From positions 1,246,456-1,310,455 of the forward strand of contig OY969416.1 in assembly GCA_963699145.1 (NCBI GenBank): a stretch of DNA of 64,000 bases. The letters are read 5' to 3'. Under the pieces are notes generated by a model. The model saw only the letters and a list, made by a program, of their open reading frames with translations, made no database searches and was not told where the DNA came from. Shown here in pieces: positions 42,521-51,308 of the stretch; position 1 is the stretch's first letter, and each line of letters opens with the position of its first letter. Origin of the DNA: an uncultured Verrucomicrobiae bacterium. GTDB lineage: Bacteria; Verrucomicrobiota; Verrucomicrobiia; Limisphaerales; DASXHY01. Made by a program: the position numbers and the translations under genes.

Positions 42521-43762
42521 ATGAATCCACCCGACAAGGAAACGCCGCCGATTGTTGAGATTCCGCAGTTTGACACTGTCGGCCGCAAGCTGCGCGAATC
42601 TGCCTCGCTCCCGCCGCCCACTTTGCAGGCCCAACGCGCGCTGGAAAGCACCGGGCGCCTGCCGGTGGCGGGGTATCGCTATCAAATGTCCGATATCCTC
42701 GCGCTCGCCACGCAGAGCGGCGCGTCGGATTTGCACCTGCGCGTCGGTGAACCGCCGATTTATCGCGTGGACGGGAAATTGATTCGCGCGGAAGGGCCGC
42801 CCATCGATGTGGACGAAATTTTCTCGCTGTTGCGCGCGTTCACGCCCGAGGATTCCATCCAGACCGCGCGCGACGTGGGGCAGGCGGATTTCGGCCTGGC
42901 CTTCGACCGGCATCGGTTTCGCGTGAATGTTTTTCGCGCGCAAGGCTACTGGGGCGGAGTGTTGCGGCGCATCCCGGAAAAAATGCCGCAACTGGAAGAC
43001 CTGCTCGCGCCGCAAATTTTTTATGAGCTCACGCGTTTGCCGCGCGGGCTCGTGCTGGTGACCGGCCCCACCGGTTCCGGCAAAACCACCACGCTCGCCG
43101 CAATGCTCGACCGCATCAACAGCGATCGTTCCGATGTCCATATTCTCACGCTGGAGGATCCCATTGAGTTCAAGCACGAGCGCAAACAGGCCGTGATCAC
43201 GCAACGCGAACTAGGGACGGATTTCCTGACGTTCGCCGACGGGTTGCGCGCCGGGTTGCGCGAGGATCCGGATGTGATCATGGTGGGCGAAATGCGCGAC
43301 CCGGAAACGATGGAAGCCGCGATTAACGCCGCCGAAACCGGGCATCTGGTTTTTTCCACGGTTCACACGGTGGGCGCGAAAGACACGGTGGACCGCATCA
43401 TCAACGCATTTCCCTCCGGTTATCAGAACAACGTCCGCGCGCAGCTCTCGTCGATTTTGCGCGGCGTGATTTCGCAAGCGCTCATGCCGCGCGCGAGCGG
43501 CAAGGGGCGCGTGGCGGCTTTTGAAATCATGATCGGCACGCCGGCGGTGGGAAATTTGATTCGCGAAAATAACACGCACCAGATTCCGGGCGTGCTGCAG
43601 ACGCACAGCAAGGATGGCATGTGCACGCTGGACCAATCGCTGGTGCAACGCTACATCGAGGGGTTGATTAAACGCTCGGACGCCATCGACCGCGCGCAGG
43701 ACTTGAAAGAGATGACGAAGCTGTTGATGAACACGGACCAGAAGCGGGGCGTGGCCAGTTAG
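42521..43762 (+). CDS. pilT: Type IV pilus retraction ATPase PilT
   Basis: ASDLHLRVGEPPIYRVDG, Walker A GPTGSGKTTT, Walker B DPDVIMVGEMRD, ETGHLVFSTVHT and GNLIRENNTHQI. The canonical start may be the ATG at 42686; the upstream 55 codons still have good GC3. Confidence 0.9.
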   Translation: MNPPDKETPPIVEIPQFDTVGRKLRESASLPPPTLQAQRALESTGRLPVAGYRYQMSDILALATQSGASDLHLRVGEPPIYRVDGKLIRAEGPPIDVDEIFSLLRAFTPEDSIQTARDVGQADFGLAFDRHRFRVNVFRAQGYWGGVLRRIPEKMPQLEDLLAPQIFYELTRLPRGLVLVTGPTGSGKTTTLAAMLDRINSDRSDVHILTLEDPIEFKHERKQAVITQRELGTDFLTFADGLRAGLREDPDVIMVGEMRDPETMEAAINAAETGHLVFSTVHTVGAKDTVDRIINAFPSGYQNNVRAQLSSILRGVISQALMPRASGKGRVAAFEIMIGTPAVGNLIRENNTHQIPGVLQTHSKDGMCTLDQSLVQRYIEGLIKRSDAIDRAQDLKEMTKLLMNTDQKRGVAS

Positions 43763-43907
43763 AGCCTGCATCAAAATGCTGATTTGGCTGCGCCCTGCTG
43801 GAATTTCCGCTCTCGTGCGGTGTCAGGTAACTCGTATTCATAAATCATCGATTTGAGAATGGGAACTTCTGTCGTCCCTGTGGGACTGCGGTTCTGGTTG
43901 GCGGTGA

Positions 43908-43937
43908 CCCACCGATAAATCGGTGGGCTATTTTCTT
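43908..43937 (+). terminator. Possible rho-independent terminator (also part of a common repeat motif)
   Basis: cccaccgat-aaa-atcggtggg (9-bp stem) followed by ctattttctttc. It lies about 145 nt downstream of the pilT stop. Confidence 0.4.
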
Positions 43938-43999
43938 TCGCCGCTGCGCGGGTTCGGAGGGGAGTACGAACATCACTTGCCTGACACCACACTCGTCTC

Positions 44000-44929
44000 T
44001 TAGAAACTCAAGCCGGAGGGTTGGTTGGTGTCCGCCACGGCGTTGGTCAGGTTCAGGTGGATGACGGGCATCCAATCCTTCCAGGCGTCGTCCGGTTTGT
44101 CGTAGAGGCGGAAGAAGGCGCCGTCGGGGGCGGGCGCGCCGGCATCGGTGGGGGTGGCGAATTCAAGGCCGCCGCTCAAAAGCGTTTTGGCGGATTCGGC
44201 GCTGATTTCCGCGCCGCGAAAAAGGCCGAAGCGAAAATCGATTCCGCCCGCATTCCAGAATTTCGAATTCACGCGCACCAGCGGTGCGTAGTCCTTGTGG
44301 ATGCGCGCCTGAATTTTTACTCCCTGCGCGTCATCGCTGAGTTGGTATTTCAACACCTCACCCACTTTGATGCCGCGATAATAGATGCTGGATTCCTCCT
44401 GCACCGAACGCAGGCTGGGGACCAGCAACGTGAGGTGCAATGATCCCGGCTCTTCCGAAATCGGCTCGCTTTCAGCGCCGACAAAAACATTCGTGCGCGC
44501 GCCATTGCCGGGCCGCACGGCGATGTATTCGCCGGAAATAATCGTGCGCAATCCGCTGATGGCGCCGACTTTGAATTCCGGGCGCACGATCCAAAACGTG
44601 GTGCCGGCTTTCGCGAGTTGCGCGGCGGAGCCGGCGAGCCGGGCTTTGACTTCCACGCGATTGCTGTCCTTGGTAAGGCCCAATTTCTTCACCTGGCCGA
44701 CCGTGGCGCCGAGCAGGCGGATTTGGGTGTTGTTTTCCTCCAGGCCGCTGGCGTCCTGAAAATAAATCGAGATTACCGGCCCGGTCGCGATGTAGTCGCG
44801 ATAGACAAACCACGCGCACAACGCGAGAGCGCCGAACGGCACAAGCCAGAGCCACCACGCGTGGCGCGTTTTTTTGATTTCAGCTTTGGGCAAGGCGCGA
44901 GACTGCTCGTCATCGGAATTGTTACTCAT
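44000..44929 (-). CDS. MCE-domain protein (PqiB/MlaD-like, two MCE domains)
   Basis: N-terminal TM (WWLWLVPFGALALCAWFV), then two MCE-like blocks (..IRLLGATVGQVKKLGL.. and ..IYYRGIKVGEVLKYQL..). Overlaps the upstream pqiA-like gene by 8 nt. Confidence 0.8.
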   Translation of the reverse strand: MSNNSDDEQSRALPKAEIKKTRHAWWLWLVPFGALALCAWFVYRDYIATGPVISIYFQDASGLEENNTQIRLLGATVGQVKKLGLTKDSNRVEVKARLAGSAAQLAKAGTTFWIVRPEFKVGAISGLRTIISGEYIAVRPGNGARTNVFVGAESEPISEEPGSLHLTLLVPSLRSVQEESSIYYRGIKVGEVLKYQLSDDAQGVKIQARIHKDYAPLVRVNSKFWNAGGIDFRFGLFRGAEISAESAKTLLSGGLEFATPTDAGAPAPDGAFFRLYDKPDDAWKDWMPVIHLNLTNAVADTNQPSGLSF

Positions 44930-45533
44930 AACGTTTTTTTTCTGCCGGCGAATCCCAGATCAACCGCGGATCAAAACTCAGCGTGGCGAGCAGCGTCAGC
45001 GCCACCACGGCGGTGAACGAAAAAACGCCGGGCCCCGGGTGCACGGTGGCGACGCGGCCCATTTCGATGAGCGAAATGCTGATGGCGAGCAAAAAAACTT
45101 CCAGCATGTTCCAGGGATCGATCACGCGGATGACTTTGTAGACCCAGGTGCGGGAGCGTTCCCACCCCTTCCAATTCAGGGTGATGGAAATGAACAGGAG
45201 TCCGATGATTTTCAGTGCGGGCGACAAAATGCTGGTGCAGAAAACCAGGCCGGCGATGAAATATTGATGGTCGTTGAAGAGCGAATGGATGCCTTTTAAA
45301 ATGGTCGTTTCGGAATGCAGCCCGTGGTATTCGCCGGTGACGAGCGGGTAAAAATTGGAGGGGAAATAGAGGATCAGGGCCGCCAGCGAAAACACGAAGG
45401 TCCGCAGGCGACTGTTCCGTTTGCGGTGCACCAAACGGAAATGGCAGCGCGCACACAGGGCGACCGCGTCTTTCGGCAGCGGGTCCACCTCCTGCACGAG
45501 CCCGCAAGTTTCACACGCAACAACGGAATCCAT
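44922..45533 (-). CDS. Paraquat-inducible protein A-like membrane protein (single PqiA repeat)
   Basis: A Cys4 zinc-ribbon (CETCG...CARCH) followed by 4 TM helices. At 203 aa it is about half the length of two-repeat PqiA. Confidence 0.8.
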   Translation of the reverse strand: MDSVVACETCGLVQEVDPLPKDAVALCARCHFRLVHRKRNSRLRTFVFSLAALILYFPSNFYPLVTGEYHGLHSETTILKGIHSLFNDHQYFIAGLVFCTSILSPALKIIGLLFISITLNWKGWERSRTWVYKVIRVIDPWNMLEVFLLAISISLIEMGRVATVHPGPGVFSFTAVVALTLLATLSFDPRLIWDSPAEKKRYE

Positions 45534-45730
45534 GAGTATTTTGCAATGGAATCAAGCCAATGTTGCCGAGGTCCGAAACAATTGCACTGGGGTGACATGC
45601 CCGCGTGAGTAAGCGCACTCACACCTGTCGAACCTAAACGGATTCATGAATCGCAGGCAACCCGCACCATTCCCCAAAACTTTTCATGCCATTGAACCTT
45701 TTTCCACCAACCGCATTCCACTGTTTGTAA

Positions 45731-46282
45731 ATGCTGGGCGTGGCCGAGATTGAACAACTGCCCGTGTCTGAGGCCCGCGCCGGAAACGCCGCGGCGTGGG
45801 ACGCGCTTTTCCGCCGCTACCAGCTTCCGTTGTATGTTTACATTTTTGAACTGGTGCGCGACGAGCAAACGAGCCTCGATCTCGTGCAGGAGACTTTTAT
45901 CAATGCCGCGCGACACATCGGCAGCCTGCGCGAGGACGGGAAATTCGGGAGCTGGCTTTTCGGCATCGCGCATCAAAAATGCATCCAACGCTGGCGCAAG
46001 CAGGCGCGCGAGGAAATGCTGCGGGACGAATTTGCCAACGCGCCGATTGAATTCGAGACCGCGCCGGATGATTTGCTCATTCGCGAGGAACAGGAGGCTG
46101 AATTTATGCGTTTACTGAATCAATTACCGCCGCCGCAACGCTCGGTGTTGCTGCTGCATTTCGTGGAGGGATTTTCGCTCGAAGAAATCGCGGGCATTAC
46201 CGGCGTGTCCGTTGGCACGGTCAAATCGCGACTGCATTACGCCAAAAAAGCGCTGCGAAAATTGCTGGAGGAAAAATCGTGA
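45731..46282 (+). CDS. ECF-type RNA polymerase sigma factor (module 1)
   Basis: Region 2 (DLVQETFINAARHIGSL...SWLFGIAHQKCI) and region 4 (QRSVLLLHFVEGFSLEEIAGITGVSVGTVKSRLHYAKKAL). Confidence 0.9.
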   Translation: MLGVAEIEQLPVSEARAGNAAAWDALFRRYQLPLYVYIFELVRDEQTSLDLVQETFINAARHIGSLREDGKFGSWLFGIAHQKCIQRWRKQAREEMLRDEFANAPIEFETAPDDLLIREEQEAEFMRLLNQLPPPQRSVLLLHFVEGFSLEEIAGITGVSVGTVKSRLHYAKKALRKLLEEKS

Positions 46283-46671
46283 AAACGCCGCGCGATATTT
46301 TGTTGCAACGCCATCGACAGGCGCAGTCAAAACTCGATGCCATCCGCCAAGCCGTGCTGGCCAGGGAAGCTCCGTCCAAGGACACGCGCGTTTCTCTGCG
46401 TGAGGTAGTGCGTTCGTTGCGCTGGCACCTCGCGGGCATGAGCGCCATTTGGTTGTTGGTGTTGATGCTGCACGCCGACGCCGGCCATGCGCCAATGCTG
46501 GCGGCGGCCACCCCAAAACCGCCGCCGCCGCAGGTCATGCTGGCGTCAATGCGTGAACATCGGCGGTTGCTCTCTGAGATGACGGATGCGCATTTCGCTG
46601 ACGCCGAACCCCGCGAGAAGTTCCTGCCCAAGCCGCGCAGTGAGTGCCGTCGCGAATGTTCAATCGCTTGA
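46279..46671 (+). CDS. Single-pass membrane protein, putative anti-sigma partner (module 1)
   Basis: 130 aa. The start overlaps the sigma stop by 4 nt. One TM helix (MSAIWLLVLMLHA). The C-terminal PKPRSE motif is shared with 49177-49605. I saw no ZAS motif. Confidence 0.6.
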   Translation: MKTPRDILLQRHRQAQSKLDAIRQAVLAREAPSKDTRVSLREVVRSLRWHLAGMSAIWLLVLMLHADAGHAPMLAAATPKPPPPQVMLASMREHRRLLSEMTDAHFADAEPREKFLPKPRSECRRECSIA

Positions 46672-46675
46672 ACTT

Positions 46676-48514
46676 ATGAGCTGGAAAGAAATCAAAAAAA
46701 ACTCCACGCAGCTCGTTCTGCCGAATCGCAAGACGGCAATGCGGCGCATCCTGCTCATCGCGGCCGTGCTGTTCCCGGTGACGTGGATCGTGAACGCGCT
46801 GCTGATCGGGAACTGGGATTTGCTCGACAATCGCGATGAGGAATCCTATCGCCACCTGCGGGAAGCGGCCGTGGTTTTTAGCGGCACGGTTTGCATCGTT
46901 TTTTTGTTCACGCTGCTGCCGGCGACCCAGCGTTTATTTAATTGGCTGTTTCGTTGGCGAACCATCCGGCGCGGGCTCATTGTGTTTGCCTGGATCATCA
47001 CGTTCATCGCGCTGTTTTACGGTGAAGAAGACTGGCGGGGCAGCCGGGCGTGGAATCATTACCGCGACGGCCTGGTGGCTCAAGGCGCGCAGTTGGATTT
47101 CAAGGCGTTCGTGCCAACACCCATTCCCGACTCGGAAAATTTCGCCGCCAACCCGGAGGTTCAATCGTGGTTTGTTCGTGAGACGAACGGCGCCACAATC
47201 AGCTTTACGAACGTTTGGACATCGGATGCGTACACCGCCGGGAGGTCGTTGGTGGCGTCCGAGGGCAAATATGCAGGGCCGGAGATCCACGATACCAGGA
47301 ATCCAGCGCCTCACCTGACGGATCTCGTCGCCTGGAAGATGGCGTTCGCCAGTGTGAAAGCTGGTCATGCCAGCGACCGGACGGAATTCAAATCGGACCA
47401 GATCGATCCCGCTGTGCGCGCCGAAGCGGCGACCGCGGTTTTGGAAGCTTTGAAACCAATCGAGCCGCGCCTGGAGGTGTTGCGCGCGGCGAGCCAACGG
47501 CCGGATTCGCTTTATCCCGTCGTTTATAAATTGGATGATCCCTGGGGTATCCTGCTGCCGCACCTCGCGAGCATCGAGGAGGTTTGCCTGCGCCTCGACC
47601 TGCGGGCGTGCGCCGAACTGGCGGCCGGCCAAACGGATCGCGCATTGGATGATGTGAAATTGAACCTGCGCATGAGTGATTCATTGAAAAGTGAACCGTT
47701 TCTGGTTTCTTATCTGGTGCGCGGGGCGGTGATCCATCTGGCCATTCATTCCATTTGGGAGGGTCTCGAGGAACACAAATGGTCGGATGCGCAATTGAAG
47801 GAGCTGCAAACGCTGCTGGCGCGTTACAATTTTATCGGGGACATGAAACGGCCGCTCGATTCAGAACGCGCCGCGGGAATCCTGACGGCAGACTTGCTGG
47901 AAAAAGGGAAATTCAGGCTCAACGCATTGACCATAGACCCCAATCCTACGCGCGGCTCGGCGGCCGATGCGTTCGGCAAAATAATTCCTCAAGGCTGGTA
48001 CGATTTGGAGAAGTTGAATTATTGCCGTCTCTATACCTTGCAACTCGAAGGCGGCTTCGATGGAACTGCAAAAAAAGTGTATCCCACGAAAATCGCCGCC
48101 AACACCAACGCCCTGGAGCAGGCGTTTGCCGGACGCAACCCCTTTACCACCATCCTCACTCGTCATCAACTCCTCGCCGTCATCATGCTGCCCGCACTCA
48201 GCAACATTTCCAAGAAGGGCGCCGTGGCCCAGGTCGCCGTGGATGAAGCGCTGCTCGCGTGCGCGTTGGAACGCTATCGCCTGGCTCGCGATCAGTATCC
48301 GGAGCAGCTCGCCGCGCTCGCGCCGGAATTTATTTTCACCCTGCCGCACGATGTCATCGGCGGTGAGTCTTACATTTATCGCCGCAGCGAAGACAGTTTT
48401 GTGCTGTATTCCGTTGGCTGGAACGAAAAAGATGACGGCGGCAAGGTCGGGATGAAAGGTGGGTCCACGGATCTTTCCGAGGGAGATTGGGTGTGGGGAA
48501 TTCCGCCCAAATGA
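46676..48514 (+). CDS. Polytopic membrane protein with a long helical ectodomain and a GspG-pseudopilin-like C-terminal domain (module 1)
   Basis: I chose the ATG at 46676 (MSWKEIKK...) because the track start at 46586 overlaps the previous gene. Three N-terminal TM helices. C-terminus ALERYRLARDQYPEQLAALAPEF..LPHDVIGGESYIYRRSEDSFVLYSVGWNEKDDGG...EGDWVW. Confidence 0.75.
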   Translation: MSWKEIKKNSTQLVLPNRKTAMRRILLIAAVLFPVTWIVNALLIGNWDLLDNRDEESYRHLREAAVVFSGTVCIVFLFTLLPATQRLFNWLFRWRTIRRGLIVFAWIITFIALFYGEEDWRGSRAWNHYRDGLVAQGAQLDFKAFVPTPIPDSENFAANPEVQSWFVRETNGATISFTNVWTSDAYTAGRSLVASEGKYAGPEIHDTRNPAPHLTDLVAWKMAFASVKAGHASDRTEFKSDQIDPAVRAEAATAVLEALKPIEPRLEVLRAASQRPDSLYPVVYKLDDPWGILLPHLASIEEVCLRLDLRACAELAAGQTDRALDDVKLNLRMSDSLKSEPFLVSYLVRGAVIHLAIHSIWEGLEEHKWSDAQLKELQTLLARYNFIGDMKRPLDSERAAGILTADLLEKGKFRLNALTIDPNPTRGSAADAFGKIIPQGWYDLEKLNYCRLYTLQLEGGFDGTAKKVYPTKIAANTNALEQAFAGRNPFTTILTRHQLLAVIMLPALSNISKKGAVAQVAVDEALLACALERYRLARDQYPEQLAALAPEFIFTLPHDVIGGESYIYRRSEDSFVLYSVGWNEKDDGGKVGMKGGSTDLSEGDWVWGIPPK

Positions 48515-48667
48515 TTCAACAGAAGGAAACGAAGGCAACGAAGCCTGCTTGTTTCTTTGTTTCCTTCGTTCCCTTCTGTTCGCACAACCATTCCCCTCAG
48601 TGTTTTATCTTCTGTTAAATTCATCTAGACAAATCCCTGCCTGGGAAGCGTCATTGATGCAGAAGCA

Positions 48668-49180
48668 ATGCCGGCTGCGCCCGACCTTGAACGGATTTAC
48701 GATGAACACGCCCAGGCGTTGTTCGCGTTCCTGCTTAATTTCACGCGCGATGAAAATGACACGCGCGATCTGCTCCAGGAAATTTTCACCCGGCTCGCGC
48801 GCGAGCCTGGCCTGCTAAAAGGGGCGCGCGATGAACGCGCTTTTCTGATTCGCCTCGCGCACAATGCCGCGATCGACCTCATGCGGCCACGCGGCACGCG
48901 GCAGAAATATCACGATCAATTCGCCGAGGAGGAAATTTCGATTTTCGCCGCGGACGCAAATCCGGACGTGGCTGCCTTTCGCGAATCGCTCTCCCGCGCG
49001 CTGGCTGAATTGCCCGAAGACCAGCGTGCGGTGGTTCATTTGAAACTCTGGGAGAACCTGACTTTCGAACAAATTGCCACCGCACTCGACATTCCACCCA
49101 ACACCGCGGCCAGCCGCTATCGCTATGGCTTAGACAAAATGCGCGAGCGGCTGCGTCCCATATACGAAGAGATAAAATGA
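48668..49180 (+). CDS. ECF-type RNA polymerase sigma factor (module 2)
   Basis: Region 2 (DLLQEIFTRLA...AFLIRLAHNAAIDL) and region 4 (QRAVVHLKLWENLTFEQIATALDIPPNTAASRYRYGLDKM). Confidence 0.9.
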   Translation: MPAAPDLERIYDEHAQALFAFLLNFTRDENDTRDLLQEIFTRLAREPGLLKGARDERAFLIRLAHNAAIDLMRPRGTRQKYHDQFAEEEISIFAADANPDVAAFRESLSRALAELPEDQRAVVHLKLWENLTFEQIATALDIPPNTAASRYRYGLDKMRERLRPIYEEIK

Positions 49181-49605
49181 AACCGGACGATTTTGAAAAA
49201 CGGCTCCAAAGCCAGCCCCTGCGCCAAATTCCAAGTGAATGGCGCCGGGAGATATTGCAAGGCGCGACGGAGTCCAGATCCGCGACCCTCGACCCTCGAC
49301 CCTCTCTGCTTTCCACTCTCATCCATCAACTCTCAACGATATTGTGGCTGAAGCCCGGAGCCTGGGCCGGACTCGCGGCCGTGTGGGGCGTGATCTTCGC
49401 GCTGCAGTCCACATCGCAAAAGCATGCGGGAATGGTCGCGACTGTTTCCGCGCCGCAGACTCCAGCTTTCATGATGTCGTTCAAGGATGAGCAGCAAACG
49501 CTGGTGGAGTTGATGGGCAATAATCCACTCGACGATATGGACCAACCGCGGCATGCCAACCCGAAGCCGCGCAGCGAATTGCGCAGCCGCTATCGAGTTG
49601 TCTGA
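49177..49605 (+). CDS. Single-pass membrane protein, putative anti-sigma partner (module 2)
   Basis: 142 aa with a 4-nt overlap on the sigma gene. One TM helix (WAGLAAVWGVIFAL). C-terminal PKPRSE motif. Contains a translated (cgaccct)x3 heptamer repeat. Confidence 0.6.
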   Translation: MKPDDFEKRLQSQPLRQIPSEWRREILQGATESRSATLDPRPSLLSTLIHQLSTILWLKPGAWAGLAAVWGVIFALQSTSQKHAGMVATVSAPQTPAFMMSFKDEQQTLVELMGNNPLDDMDQPRHANPKPRSELRSRYRVV

Positions 49606-49608
49606 TTT

Positions 49609-51228
49609 ATGAATGAACCCACCAATAGTCCTCGGCAGCAAATTTGGGAACGGCCGCGCCGTTTTTTCGCGCGGGCAACGATTCTTTCGGCTCTGGGCGC
49701 GATTGGATGCAGTTTTGTTTTCGACAGGCTGAATTTCCAGGGAAAGCCGATCAATAGTTGGCTTCTGGCAATGTTCGTCGCCTTCTGGGCCGCGTTTATC
49801 CTATCTCTGCCGGGATTGATTTTGTCAGCCATTCCGCGCACGCGTCCCGCGATGAGTTGGGTGTTGCGCCGCTGGTTTTTTAGCGCCGCCGCGCTGGCGA
49901 CGTTGATTGCGCTTTTCTACGCTGAGGAGAATTGGCGGGGCCAGCGCGCCCTGGATCGTGCCAAACAGGAGGAGGTAGCCAAAGGCATTGTGCTGGATTG
50001 GGATAAATACATTCCCCCGCCTGTGCCGGATGAGCAAAACGTTTTCAAAGCGCCGAGCATGCAGGGGTTCGTGGGGCGGGGTTCCGCGGGATTGACCAGC
50101 GTGTTCGAAAATAAAACAAACTTTCCCGTCTGGGGCACTTCCCGAAAAATCGAAAGCGAAACTGAAGCCCGCGCCTTTCTTGCCTGGAGCGATCAGTTCC
50201 AGCCGCAATTCACGATGGTCCGCGAGGCCTTGCAACGCCCCTACTCACGCATGGACGGCGATTATGCAAATATCAGGACCATGCCGATTCCCAATTTTAT
50301 CGCCATTCGAGCAATGGCTCGCATTCTGGCGCAGCGCACCCATTGTTATCTGCTCGTGCATGAGCCCGACAAAGCCGTCGCTGAACTGGCGCTCATGCAT
50401 GACCTCAGGCATTTCACGGATGGTCGGCCAACGGGAAAACCCATGACGCTGGTCGGCGGCATGATCAATGTCGCCGTCATTGGTGTTTACGCCGACGTCA
50501 TCGGGGAGGGGCTTCAAACGCACGTGTGGCAGGAGCCGCAGCTGGTTGAATTGCAACGGCAACTTTCCGAGGTGCACAGCTTGATCCCGGTCGCCGAGGC
50601 GTTCCAAACCGAACCCGCCGCTTCCGCGCGCGCGATCGAGACCGTTCCGCCGGTTGAACTTCTCAATGCCTTTCAAGGGCCGGGAGAAACATACGAACGA
50701 ATTCTGTTCCGCATCGCGCCTCACGGCTGGCTGCTGCAAAATATCGCGAACGAAGTCCCCTTCCGTTACGCGCCGGGAGAGGCTATCGACGCCGAGCACG
50801 AACGAGTTTCGCCTGCTGTCCTCAACGACAACGAGGCGCGGCTGGAGAAATTTGTCCGCCTCAGGACTCCTTTCAGGATTCTCACGGCGTTGACGGTGCC
50901 GAATTTCAAAAAGGCGGTGCAAGTCATGGCGCGCAATCAGGCGGCGGCGGATCAGGCGCTGATCGTCTGCGGACTGGAACGCTATCGAATCGCCAACGGG
51001 TCGTATCCGAATTCGTTGGAGGCGCTGGGCCCGAAATTCCTCGATAGCCTTCCACACGACATCATGACGGGGGAGCCGCTGAAATACCGCCGCACCGATA
51101 GCAGCTTTGTCCTCTACTCCATCGGCTGGAACGAAAAAGACGACGGGGGAATGACGCCGCCAATAGTCAGCACCGGGAAGCCCGACGCCAATGAGGGCGA
51201 TTGGGCGTGGCAGTTCGCGCCGAACTGA
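49609..51228 (+). CDS. Polytopic membrane protein with a GspG-pseudopilin-like C-terminal domain (module 2; paralog of 46676-48514)
   Basis: Three TM helices. Shares IALFYAEENWRG and GLERYRIANGSYPNSLEALGPKFLDSLPHDIMTGEPLKYRRTDSSFVLYSIGWNEKDDGG...EGDWAW with its paralog. Confidence 0.8.
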   Translation: MNEPTNSPRQQIWERPRRFFARATILSALGAIGCSFVFDRLNFQGKPINSWLLAMFVAFWAAFILSLPGLILSAIPRTRPAMSWVLRRWFFSAAALATLIALFYAEENWRGQRALDRAKQEEVAKGIVLDWDKYIPPPVPDEQNVFKAPSMQGFVGRGSAGLTSVFENKTNFPVWGTSRKIESETEARAFLAWSDQFQPQFTMVREALQRPYSRMDGDYANIRTMPIPNFIAIRAMARILAQRTHCYLLVHEPDKAVAELALMHDLRHFTDGRPTGKPMTLVGGMINVAVIGVYADVIGEGLQTHVWQEPQLVELQRQLSEVHSLIPVAEAFQTEPAASARAIETVPPVELLNAFQGPGETYERILFRIAPHGWLLQNIANEVPFRYAPGEAIDAEHERVSPAVLNDNEARLEKFVRLRTPFRILTALTVPNFKKAVQVMARNQAAADQALIVCGLERYRIANGSYPNSLEALGPKFLDSLPHDIMTGEPLKYRRTDSSFVLYSIGWNEKDDGGMTPPIVSTGKPDANEGDWAWQFAPN

Positions 51229-51308
51229 TTCTGCGGAAGGAGCCAGTTCGATGGGTCGGGTGAAATTTCCGTGAACGCGAAGCGGGTCTGATTGTCTGAG
51301 ATGCAGGA

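Noticed and set aside
42521-42685. The 55-codon N-terminal extension of PilT as a possible novel regulatory domain.
   Set aside because: The GC3 bias is compatible with coding, but the segment is low-complexity and Pro-rich, and a canonical PilT start (ATG 42686, MSDILALATQSGASDLHL) exists. The sequence alone cannot decide between the two starts.
45640-45730. Search for ECF-type autoregulated promoters (GAAC-N16-CGT-like) upstream of both sigma genes (45640-45730 and 48600-48667).
   Set aside because: I saw only loose matches (for example tgaacc...cgcatt), and nothing shared convincingly between the two upstream regions.
46586-46675. Upstream start of the 642-aa ORF, overlapping the preceding gene by 86 nt.
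   Set aside because: The ATG at 46676 lies 4 nt after the upstream stop, mirroring the paralogous module (49605 to 49609), and the upstream residues look like out-of-frame sequence.
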